DNA of 47,603 bases. It comes from Victivallales bacterium (GTDB taxonomy: Bacteria; Verrucomicrobiota; Lentisphaeria; Oligosphaerales; Oligosphaeraceae). Within the stretch, counting starts at the first letter, position 1; every line of letters starts with the position of its first letter. The stretch lies in NCBI GenBank assembly GCA_017525435.1, contig JAFXSU010000344.1, positions 1-47,603 on the forward strand. Direction: 5' to 3'. A program made the translations under genes and the position numbers. A model generated the notes under the pieces. It was not told where the DNA came from. It did no database searches and was given only the letters and a program-made list of their open reading frames with translations. This document shows positions 26,933-35,066 of this stretch, one piece after another.

Positions 26933-26970
26933 GCCCCGTCGTGGTGTTTTGCCATGGCGGGGCTTTTTTT
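26933..26970 (+). terminator. Rho-independent terminator after HX9DG paralog 3
   Basis: Stem CCCCGTCGTGG / CCATGGCGGGG (with G-T pairs), loop TGTTTTG, then C plus T7. Confidence 0.8.
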
Positions 26971-27078
26971 CAGGGATTTCGGGCAACAATGTCTGTCTGG
27001 ATGGATTATATTGAGGCACTTCCACAGGCCTGTAGCTTGTCGCCTCGATGAGTGTGTAGTCACGAATTTGAAACCGCA

Positions 27079-30000
27079 ATGCATCGCATTTTCCATTCTT
27101 TCCTTTTTTTGTGTGCCATTCCGTTACTTGCCTGGTCCCCGCTGGTGACGGTGCCTGAAAAGTCCGAAGGGCAGGGCGCCTTTCTGGGGAATTTCGTGGC
27201 GGTGGACGGCGAGCAGCTGCCCGAGGCCGCCACGCGCGTGTGGGTCTCCCGCACCGCCGAGGCGCTGAGGTTCCACATCGAGTGCCAGGAGCCGCTGATG
27301 CCGCAGACCTTCGCCAATGTCACGGCGCACGACGGCGCGGTGTGGAATGACGACTGCGTGGAGGTCTTCCTGCAACCGACTGGCTGGAAGGAATACGCGC
27401 ATTTCATTGTCAATTCGCTGGGCACGAAGTATGACGAAATGGGGCGCGGCGGACGCGACTGGAATCCCGAATGGACAGCCAGGGCCGAGAGAAAGGTCTA
27501 TGACTGGAATGTGGACATCGAAATTCCCTATGCCAGCCTGGATGCCACGCCCGCCGAAGGCGATGTCTGGAAGTTCAACGTCTGCCGATGCCGCAAGGCG
27601 GTCCCGGAACTCTCCAGTTGGTCGCCCAGTCCCTCGCGCTCCTTCCACGACCAGGCGGCATTTGGGTCGATGGCCTTTATAATAACATCATATCCTATTA
27701 ATATTCAAAAAGATAATAGCAATTTTATTTGGGAGCTAAGGGCCGGCGCTTCCACTCCCGAAGGCATTGAGACCGAGACCATTCCGCTGGCCAGCGGAAA
27801 TGTCGCACAACACTTTGACTATCATGAAGATGGTCAGGTCATCTATTCGGCGTTGCGGCTGATTCGCACCAGCCAGGTGGCGAACATCCTGTCGCCGGTG
27901 AAGGAGTTTCTGGACACCTCGACCTCGGCGGAACTTCTGCGGCAAGAACGCGCGGCTTTGCTGGCGCTCTCGGAGGATGCCACGCCCGAGGCGTGCGCCA
28001 TTCTGGAGCGGAACGCGCGGGATTTGCTGAAACGCGTGGAGCATTTGCGCAGTATGGAGGAGTTCGCACGGCAGGGGCACCAAGCCGCCGAGTTGCTCTA
28101 CGGCGTGGAGACTTCGCTGGTCAAGGTGATGCCCGGCGAACTCTTCGGCGGCGTGATTGGTGGAGAAATCCATTTGGATGCCGCGCGGCGTGAAATGGAT
28201 GCCGCGCAAGTGGTTCTCTTCGCGGGCGACTCGCCACTGATTCAGGCCGAGGCGGCTTTCGCCGAGCCGTTGAAGCGTGAGGACGGCGCGGAGTTGCCGT
28301 TGAAAGCCCTGCGCATCCGACGCGTGGCGTTGGTCAAGACCTGCCAGCCGGACTATCCCGCGCCGTTGAAGGGCAACATCCCCGATCCGCTGGTGCCGGC
28401 CACGCCATTCGATGTCGCCGCCAATGGCTTTGAGACTCTCTGGGTGGATGTGCGCGTGCCCGCCGACGCCCAACCTGGCGTCTATCGTGGCAGTCTGGTC
28501 CTCAAGGCGCGGAACACCGACGCCACGACAGTTCCCGTGGAGCTCCGCGTGCGCAACTTCACCATCCCGGAGCGCTCCAGCATCGTGAGCGCCTTCGGGA
28601 CGCGCTTCAATCCCGGACGCTTCAACTACGACCGCGAGGCATATCTTGAGAACTATCTTGAGCACCGCATTACGCCATATTTCTACGCACGGAATCCCAA
28701 GTTCGTGCGGAAACCCGCGATGGACTGGAGCAACGCCGAAGCGCTGGCGGTGCGGTGGCAGAGCGACTTTTCCGCCGGAGTTCTGGTGAAAATCACCATG
28801 CTGGACGGCAAAGTCCACAATCTTGCTACGCCAGTCGAAACCGCCAAAGAACTTCACGAGGCATCGCTGTTGTTGCCGCCGGAGGCAAGAGGCGCGGTTT
28901 CGACGGTGACGGCGATGCTTCCAGGCACGGTCTCCGGAAAATTGGCGGTGGAGTTGCTGAAAAATGGCGAAAAGGTTGCGCTAATTCCTGAAACGGAAGT
29001 CTTTGCCAAGGTCTCTGGTGATTGGGTTGACCAATGGCCAGGTGTCACCCTCGAGGCTTGGGCACAACCGGATCTCCCCGCCGAGGTGGACTGGACGGAG
29101 TTTGACGCAGACATGGAATACGCCTTCGCCAAGGGCATTACTTCGCATTGGCTGCCAGTCCACGCCTTCCGAGATAAGTCGCTGGCCGCAAGCCTGCTGT
29201 CTCCGCATCTGGCGGAGAAGGGCTGGACGAAGTATTTCTATACCTATTTGTACGACGAGCCGGAACCCAAGGACTACCCCGTCGTGAACCAGGGGCTTGG
29301 CGATATCAAGCGCGTGGAGCCGCACGACCTCCAGAACATGATGACCGCACGCGCCTTCCCCGATGAACTGCGTTTCGTGGACATCTGGTGCCCCGAACTT
29401 TATACCTACAATCCCGAGACCTCCGCCAAGCAGCAGCGCCTGAACCGTGCGGTGTGGTGGTATGTTGCCTTCAGCACCCGCCACCCCTATCCGAATGTCT
29501 GGGTGGACTATCCCGCGTTGGACTGTCGCGTGTGGCCGTGGATGAGCTGGAAGCATGACCTCGACGGGATGCTCTACTGGTCGGCGGTCTATTGGGATCG
29601 CGAGGACCCCTGGCGTACCGCTGAACTCTTCCCGCACGCCAATGGCGACGGTTCTCTGCTCTATCCCGACAAAAGCGGAGCACCCATCGACTCCCTGCGG
29701 TGGGAATGTCTGCGGGATGGCATGGAGGACTACGAGGTCTTCTGCCTCCTGGAGGCCGCACTGCGTGAACTGGGTGACCGCGAACCGGAGCTTTCCGCGA
29801 AAATCCAGTCGCTTCTGGCGATTTCTCCGGAGGTTCTGGTCAGCTACAAGCAGTACAACCCGGACCCCAAGGCGCTTCTGGCGGCGCGTCGCGAGATGTC
29901 CGATACGCTGGAGCAGGCCGTTGCCGTGCTGGGGCATGAACCGGTCATCGAGGGGCGTCCGCGCTACCGCACGGGACGTTCTTCGCAAGAGGTTGTCGAG

Positions 30001-30768
30001 GGGCTGTCGTCGGAGGCAAAGGAACAGATGATGCTCGCGCAAGCCGCCAGCGATAAGTTGCGCCAACGCATGGAAAACCAAAGCCTCTCTCCTTTGGTTG
30101 TCGAGGACGGTCTGAAGCTCCTATACGATTTTGACGAAGACCTCCCGTATGTGCGAGATTGCTCTGGAAATCATTTGGACACCACGGGCGTGGGAATCAT
30201 CCGCATCGCTGACGGCGAGGGATATTCCAAACGTGGAATACGCATCGGCAAGAAGCCGTTGAAGTTGCCTGGCGGCAGTGACATTCTGGGGACGCAGCCC
30301 GCCGCTGGAACCATCGCCTTCTGGGTGAAGCCGGAATTTGACCCCAAGGATTACCAGAGCCGCGAACAGAACCTCTGCCTCTTCTATCTGATGGAGACCG
30401 ACGGCAATGGCCTGCCCGACGGCTACGATGAAATCGGCATCTACCTGACCGCCGGACGGCTGTGCCTGCGCCTCGGCGGCTACAGCCCGCAGACGGTCTT
30501 CGCCGGTAGCGCCGAGTCACCCTTCCGCAAGGGCGAATGGACGCATGTCGCCGTGACCTGGCAACCTGGCGAGCGGACTCTCTACATCGATGGCAAGCCA
30601 GTGCTCGAAAACCATAACGAGTTCCTTCCTCCCAAACTGGACGCCTTTCCCGGCAACCTCGGCAACCACCCGCCAACGGAGCGTTTTGCCGCACCGGGCA
30701 TCTACGACGACCTCTTCATCTTCGACCGCGCATTGTCAGCCGTTGAAATTCAACAATTTTTACAATAA
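27079..30768 (+). CDS. Large secreted multidomain protein: N-terminal CBM9/DOMON-like module, DUF4091 (GH123-like) glycosidase region, C-terminal LamG/concanavalin-A-like lectin domain
   Basis: 1229 aa from the ATG at 27079, with signal peptide MHRIFHSFLFLCAIPLLAWS. CBM9-like motifs: WNDDCVEVFLQP, GDVWKFNVCRC. DUF4091-like block: WWYVAFSTRHPYPNVWVDYP..WMSWKHDLDGMLYW..DGSLLYPD..LRWECLRDGMEDYE. LamG-like C-terminus: GTIAFWVKP..WTHVAVTW..LYIDG..DDLFIFDRALS. Confidence 0.8.
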   Translation: MHRIFHSFLFLCAIPLLAWSPLVTVPEKSEGQGAFLGNFVAVDGEQLPEAATRVWVSRTAEALRFHIECQEPLMPQTFANVTAHDGAVWNDDCVEVFLQPTGWKEYAHFIVNSLGTKYDEMGRGGRDWNPEWTARAERKVYDWNVDIEIPYASLDATPAEGDVWKFNVCRCRKAVPELSSWSPSPSRSFHDQAAFGSMAFIITSYPINIQKDNSNFIWELRAGASTPEGIETETIPLASGNVAQHFDYHEDGQVIYSALRLIRTSQVANILSPVKEFLDTSTSAELLRQERAALLALSEDATPEACAILERNARDLLKRVEHLRSMEEFARQGHQAAELLYGVETSLVKVMPGELFGGVIGGEIHLDAARREMDAAQVVLFAGDSPLIQAEAAFAEPLKREDGAELPLKALRIRRVALVKTCQPDYPAPLKGNIPDPLVPATPFDVAANGFETLWVDVRVPADAQPGVYRGSLVLKARNTDATTVPVELRVRNFTIPERSSIVSAFGTRFNPGRFNYDREAYLENYLEHRITPYFYARNPKFVRKPAMDWSNAEALAVRWQSDFSAGVLVKITMLDGKVHNLATPVETAKELHEASLLLPPEARGAVSTVTAMLPGTVSGKLAVELLKNGEKVALIPETEVFAKVSGDWVDQWPGVTLEAWAQPDLPAEVDWTEFDADMEYAFAKGITSHWLPVHAFRDKSLAASLLSPHLAEKGWTKYFYTYLYDEPEPKDYPVVNQGLGDIKRVEPHDLQNMMTARAFPDELRFVDIWCPELYTYNPETSAKQQRLNRAVWWYVAFSTRHPYPNVWVDYPALDCRVWPWMSWKHDLDGMLYWSAVYWDREDPWRTAELFPHANGDGSLLYPDKSGAPIDSLRWECLRDGMEDYEVFCLLEAALRELGDREPELSAKIQSLLAISPEVLVSYKQYNPDPKALLAARREMSDTLEQAVAVLGHEPVIEGRPRYRTGRSSQEVVEGLSSEAKEQMMLAQAASDKLRQRMENQSLSPLVVEDGLKLLYDFDEDLPYVRDCSGNHLDTTGVGIIRIADGEGYSKRGIRIGKKPLKLPGGSDILGTQPAAGTIAFWVKPEFDPKDYQSREQNLCLFYLMETDGNGLPDGYDEIGIYLTAGRLCLRLGGYSPQTVFAGSAESPFRKGEWTHVAVTWQPGERTLYIDGKPVLENHNEFLPPKLDAFPGNLGNHPPTERFAAPGIYDDLFIFDRALSAVEIQQFLQ

Positions 30769-30786
30769 GCAGATCCTTAGGTTGTT

Positions 30787-32826
30787 ATGAGCGAAAACAA
30801 AGGCAAAAATGTCGCCATCGGATGCGGTGGCGCACTGGCGTTCTGCGTGCTGGTTGCGGTGATTTTGAACTCCGACCAGAGTTCCTCGGCGATTGCCTAC
30901 GGCATTGTCATGTCCATTTTTGCACTGGTGGCTCGCGGGATTTTCAACGACTTTTTCGCGGACTACGGCTGGTATGTGTGGGGCGGAATCGCTGCATTGG
31001 CGCTCTTGATGGGGATCGTGAAACCCCTGAACACCTCGACGGACAAGCCCAACGCGGATATTGTCGAGCAGGCAGGGGAGACGGCGGGCGACAAGACGAC
31101 CGAGCAGGTCAAGGCGGCGGAGGCGAAGGCCGAGAAGGGGGCCATGACTGCCGAGACGGAGCCTCCTCGCCCGACGGTCGAGGAGGCGCTTGCCGAACTG
31201 GACGAGCTGGTGGGGCTGACTTCCGTGAAGGAGGAAGTCCACAAAATGGCTAGCCTGATGCAGGTGGCGCAACAGCGCAAGGCGGCGGGGCTGAAGGTCG
31301 CCAATGTCTCCTACCACTGCGTATTCACAGGCAATCCGGGCACTGGCAAGACCACCGTCGCCCGTATCATGGCGAAAATCTACAATGCTTTGGGAATCTT
31401 GGAGAAAGGGCATCTGGTTGAGACCGATGCGGGCGGGCTGTTGGGCAGTCATGTCGGCGAGACCGCCGAGAAGACCAGCAAACTCGTGGACTCCGCACTC
31501 GGCGGAGTGCTTTTCATCGACGAGGCGTATATGCTCGCGGACAGTGGTTACGGCAAGGAGGCCATCGCCACGTTGCTCAAGCGCATGGAGGACGACCGCG
31601 ACCACCTGGTGGTCATTTTGGCGGGCTACACCAACGAGATGCGCGAGATGCTGGAACTCAACCCCGGCGTCAAGTCCCGCATCAACCGCTACATCGAGTT
31701 TCCCGACTATACCAACGAGGAACTCTGTGCGATCTTTCGGATGCAGGCGAAGAAGAACCAGTACACCCTCTCACCGGAACTGGAGGAGCAACTGGAAAAG
31801 GCAATGGCGAAGTGGACACGCCATCGCGACAAGCAGTTCGGCAATGCGCGCTTTGTGCGCAATCTCTTTGAGAAGGCGGTTGAGCAACAGGCACTACGCT
31901 TGGCGGAGATGACCAACATCACTGCCGAGCAACTCGCCATGCTGGAACCGCAGGACCTCGGCATCGGCGTGGACGACAGTGCGTCACGGCCTTCGCTGGA
32001 GGAGGCACTCGCCGAACTCGACCAGCTTATCGGCCTTAAGGAGGTCAAGGCCGAGGTCCATAAATTGGCGGACTTCTGCAAAATCGCACAGGAGCGCGAG
32101 GAGGCGGGGCTGAAGGTCGCCGAACTCTCCTACCACTGCGTTTTCGTGGGGAATCCGGGCACTGGCAAGACCACGGTCGCCCGTAGCATTGCGAAGGTCT
32201 ATCACGCGCTGGGCATCCTCAAGAAGGGCCACCTGGTAGAGACCGACCGTTCCGGGCTGGTCGCCGAATATGTCGGCCAGACTGCCATCAAGACCAACAA
32301 GCTCATCGACGAGGCGCTTGACGGCGTGCTCTTCATCGACGAGGCGTACACGCTGGCCAACGGCGGCCAGAACGACTACGGTCACGAGGCCATCGCCACG
32401 CTACTCAAACGCATGGAGGACGACCGTGCACGGCTCGTGGTCATTCTCGCCGGATATCCCGACGACATGAAGCGCTTCATGGAATCCAACCCCGGCCTGA
32501 CGTCGCGCTTCAGTCGCGTGATTCACTTCCCCGACTACACGGCAGACGAACTGGCGGATCTCTTCCGCTTCTATGCGAAACGCAACCACTACGAACTCTC
32601 GCCGGATGTCGAGAAATACCTCAACAATGCCATCGCGAACTCGACCAAGAACCGCGACCGCAATTTTGGCAACGGCAGATGGGTGCGTAATCTCTTCGAG
32701 AAAGCACTTGAGCGTCAGGCAATTCGTCTCGCCGAGACCACCGGCCATACCGAGCAGGAACTGCGTACCTTGGAGCTCAAGGACGTGGGGATTACTGTCA
32801 CTCCCGCCAGAAAAGCCGAGGAATAA
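30787..32826 (+). CDS. Membrane-anchored protein with two tandem SpoVK/CbbX-type AAA+ ATPase modules
   Basis: 679 aa with about three N-terminal hydrophobic helices (residues ~10-78). Two homologous modules each have LxELDxLxGL-x-VK, Walker A GNPGTGKTT, Walker B VLFIDEAY and an SR arginine-finger region. The DNA period between modules is 819 bp (31180 vs 31999). Confidence 0.85.
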   Translation: MSENKGKNVAIGCGGALAFCVLVAVILNSDQSSSAIAYGIVMSIFALVARGIFNDFFADYGWYVWGGIAALALLMGIVKPLNTSTDKPNADIVEQAGETAGDKTTEQVKAAEAKAEKGAMTAETEPPRPTVEEALAELDELVGLTSVKEEVHKMASLMQVAQQRKAAGLKVANVSYHCVFTGNPGTGKTTVARIMAKIYNALGILEKGHLVETDAGGLLGSHVGETAEKTSKLVDSALGGVLFIDEAYMLADSGYGKEAIATLLKRMEDDRDHLVVILAGYTNEMREMLELNPGVKSRINRYIEFPDYTNEELCAIFRMQAKKNQYTLSPELEEQLEKAMAKWTRHRDKQFGNARFVRNLFEKAVEQQALRLAEMTNITAEQLAMLEPQDLGIGVDDSASRPSLEEALAELDQLIGLKEVKAEVHKLADFCKIAQEREEAGLKVAELSYHCVFVGNPGTGKTTVARSIAKVYHALGILKKGHLVETDRSGLVAEYVGQTAIKTNKLIDEALDGVLFIDEAYTLANGGQNDYGHEAIATLLKRMEDDRARLVVILAGYPDDMKRFMESNPGLTSRFSRVIHFPDYTADELADLFRFYAKRNHYELSPDVEKYLNNAIANSTKNRDRNFGNGRWVRNLFEKALERQAIRLAETTGHTEQELRTLELKDVGITVTPARKAEE

Positions 32827-32925
32827 CGGAGCCGTCTTGCCACGATTCTTCGCTTCTGTCCCTGCCTTGCCTGGCTGAAGGCAGCAGTAGCGGTTTTACT
32901 CCTAACACACTAAAATTCAATCACT

Positions 32926-33972
32926 ATGAAAGCAATCGAGACAGATGGCAAGGGCCAGGTACGGATTGTTGAGATTCCCCGCCCTGTTCCAGGGGCTGGG
33001 CAGTGCCTGTGCCGAATCACGGCGTGTGCGACTTGCAGCGGCACTGACCGCAAGCTGGTTCGTAGCGGTCTTCCCTGGGCGGACACTTACCCTGCGCTGT
33101 TGGGGCACGAAAGCGTGGGGACTGTAGTCGAATGTGGTTCCGGCGTCCGGAGCCTTGCGGTCGGCGACCGAGTGTTGCGGCCGTGTGTTGCCTATCCCGG
33201 AACCGCGTATGGGGCGCTGGCCTCGTGGATGGGCGGCTTCGCCGAATACGGTATCGTCACCGACCCGGCGGCACGGACTCTCGACGCAGTGGAAGACCCC
33301 TTCGGCTATGCTAGATATCAACAGCGCCTGCCGCGCGAAACGGCAGTTTCCGATGTCGATGCGACGATGCTCATCATGCTCAAGGAGGTCGCCGGAAGCG
33401 TCGTCGGTGTCGGCATTGGACCGTCGCATCGCGTGCTGGTACTGGGGGCGGGAGGGGTTGCGCGTGCCATGTGCTTCTTCGCGAAACTCCAGGGGGCCAG
33501 GCAGGTGGTTGTTGCGGCTCGGCGAGATGCTCCGCTTATGGCTTGCCAAAAATGCGGTGCGGATGCGCTGGTGAACACCAGCCGACAGACGCTCTCCGAG
33601 GCGGTGCCGTCGCTGACCGACGGCCATGGCGTCGATTTCGTCATGGATGCGGCCGGAAATGTCGAGCTGGCGCTGGAAGCGGCTTCACTTCTTGCGGACG
33701 GAGGTGTCTTGGCAAGCTATGCCACCCTGGAAGACGGTGGGCAGTTCCCACGGGAGCGCGTCCGTGCCCGGGGCAATTGGCGGATGCTGGACTCGCCGGT
33801 CGGCGAGGATGCCATGCACGAGAAGATGCTCGCGTGGGTGGCCGCCTCCAGAATCCCCTTCGCGAATTTCTATTCCCATGTAATGCCTTTTCAGGATTTC
33901 GTGGAAGGATTTCGGATGCTTGAAGAGCGCAAGGCCGACAAGATTGTCTTCGTCATCGCTTCCGAACGGTAG
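32926..33972 (+). CDS. Zinc-dependent alcohol/polyol dehydrogenase (MDR superfamily)
   Basis: 348 aa. It has LGHESVGTVVECGSGV (the GHE zinc-ligand motif), a catalytic Cys region CRITACATCSGTD and a Rossmann GxGxxA (VLGAGGVA). Confidence 0.8.
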   Translation: MKAIETDGKGQVRIVEIPRPVPGAGQCLCRITACATCSGTDRKLVRSGLPWADTYPALLGHESVGTVVECGSGVRSLAVGDRVLRPCVAYPGTAYGALASWMGGFAEYGIVTDPAARTLDAVEDPFGYARYQQRLPRETAVSDVDATMLIMLKEVAGSVVGVGIGPSHRVLVLGAGGVARAMCFFAKLQGARQVVVAARRDAPLMACQKCGADALVNTSRQTLSEAVPSLTDGHGVDFVMDAAGNVELALEAASLLADGGVLASYATLEDGGQFPRERVRARGNWRMLDSPVGEDAMHEKMLAWVAASRIPFANFYSHVMPFQDFVEGFRMLEERKADKIVFVIASER

Positions 33973-34089
33973 TTCTCGTCCTTCTTCTAAGGGGCATGCA
34001 ATGCCGTTGTTTCGTTGTTGCGTGGGCACGGGAGGTATCCACCCGCAGAGTTTGATTCCCTGCATCGTGGCTGAATTAAGCTAAAGACT

Positions 34090-34118
34090 TTGCAATGAAC
34101 CATTTTCACCGTTATCTT
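34090..34118 (+). promoter_or_regulatory. Putative sigma70-type promoter (TTGCAA-17 nt-TATCTT) for the orphan ORF
   Basis: Hexamers at 34090-34095 and 34113-34118, 40 nt upstream of the GTG at 34158. Confidence 0.35.
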
Positions 34119-34157
34119 CTGTGTTTTTGAGCCATTGACCTGGCGGTTTCCGCGCTG

Positions 34158-34877
34158 GTGTTAATCGGGCTGCTCGGCGCTCGCCGTGGCGCGACGGGGG
34201 ACTATGCAGCAGATGCCTCAGCACCAGCAACTTCTTCAGACATAGTTTCAACGCTGGAAGCTGTCCTGCCGGAAAATGGTACCATGGCGAGTGGCGAGGC
34301 GCAAGGAGTCGGGCAGGATATCCGCGAAACGCGCCGCCGGGTTCAGGCAGAGGCGGTCGTCCAGGCGGAGGAAATGAGCCGTTTTGTGGGTGCCGTAGCA
34401 CGCGAGCCTATTGAGTTGGCGGAACTGGAGAAAATTGCTTCGGAGACATATCGGCAATGCCAGCAACATCTTGCAAGCATGCGTGAGGAGGCGCGGAGGA
34501 ATGTCCAGAGTCGTCAGGCGTTGATGGAGCAATTGGATGCGTCGCTGTTGCCTCCGGAGGAATTCCAGGAGTTCCGGGAGGCACTGGAATATCTGCAGAC
34601 GTGCGAAATTTGCCTAGCGGAGGGGCGTCCAGTTCCCGAACGGTTTGCGAAGTATGATTGGCAGATGAACAATCATCTGGAGGAGGTCGCGGAGAAATAC
34701 TGCCGGGCGTTGTCTGGATGCAATGAAGATGCAATGCAATGGGAAGATTTCCCTGGTCGCATTATAGAAGATGAGTTCTTTGGCTATCACTTCATTTCCA
34801 GCACTCCCGCCCCCATCCATTCACGCGCGAAAACGAGATTTTTCCATGCTAAGAATAAACTGCTTGAGACGGTATAA
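34158..34877 (+). CDS. Hypothetical protein (Glu/Gln/Ala-rich, probably helical); no family recognised
   Basis: The 239-aa ORF starts at a GTG; the first in-frame ATG is at 34284 (197 aa). The composition is protein-like, but third-codon-position GC is visibly lower than in neighbouring genes. Confidence 0.45.
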   Translation: MLIGLLGARRGATGDYAADASAPATSSDIVSTLEAVLPENGTMASGEAQGVGQDIRETRRRVQAEAVVQAEEMSRFVGAVAREPIELAELEKIASETYRQCQQHLASMREEARRNVQSRQALMEQLDASLLPPEEFQEFREALEYLQTCEICLAEGRPVPERFAKYDWQMNNHLEEVAEKYCRALSGCNEDAMQWEDFPGRIIEDEFFGYHFISSTPAPIHSRAKTRFFHAKNKLLETV

Positions 34878-34937
34878 TTGTTCCTCTGTCAGGTCCTGAA
34901 TGAGCGAAAGAATTTCAATTGGTGTGGTGGTCATCAT
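34821..34937 (-). CDS. Possible 38-aa micro-protein (MMTTTPIEILSLIQDLTEEQLYRLKQFILSMEKSRFRA)
   Basis: An ATG-ATG start is preceded by a strong SD (GTAAGGAGAAGACAC-ATG). It overlaps the 3' end of the convergent 239-aa ORF by 57 nt. The upstream part of the track ORF merely translates the 33-bp repeats. Confidence 0.3.
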   Translation of the reverse strand: MMTTTPIEILSLIQDLTEEQLYRLKQFILSMEKSRFRA

Positions 34938-34982
34938 GTGTCTTCTCCTTACATAGAGAAATACACCACGAAAAACCAGAAT

Positions 34983-35066
34983 CTTGAAATTCCGATTTAG
35001 TAATGCCAAAATTGCATGAAATTCCAGTTTAGAAAGTGGCAAAACTGCATGAAATTCCAGTTTATG
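34983..35066. repeat. Three direct copies of a ~33-bp unit with core (G)CATGAAATTCCAGTTTA
   Basis: The copies at 35004-35032 and 35037-35065 match 26/29 with period 33. A third, degenerate copy (CTTGAAATTCCGATTTAG) lies at 34983-35000. The block is AT-rich. Confidence 0.85.

Noticed and set aside
27105-27111. The T7 run in the signal-peptide codons of the 1229-aa gene and the G7 run in pcnB, considered as contingency homopolymers.
   Set aside because: Tracts of 7 nt are short, and with no evidence of variation they are not distinguishable from chance.
32862-32884. The hairpin CTGCCTT...AAGGCAG after the AAA+ gene, considered as a terminator.
   Set aside because: The stem is short (7 bp), the loop is 9 nt, and no adjacent T-run follows. 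It is too weak to annotate.
34983-35066. A CRISPR array interpretation of the 33-bp repeats, and likewise of the 9-nt array at 121-264.
   Set aside because: The units are directly tandem with no unique spacers, there are only about three copies, and no cas genes are in the window.
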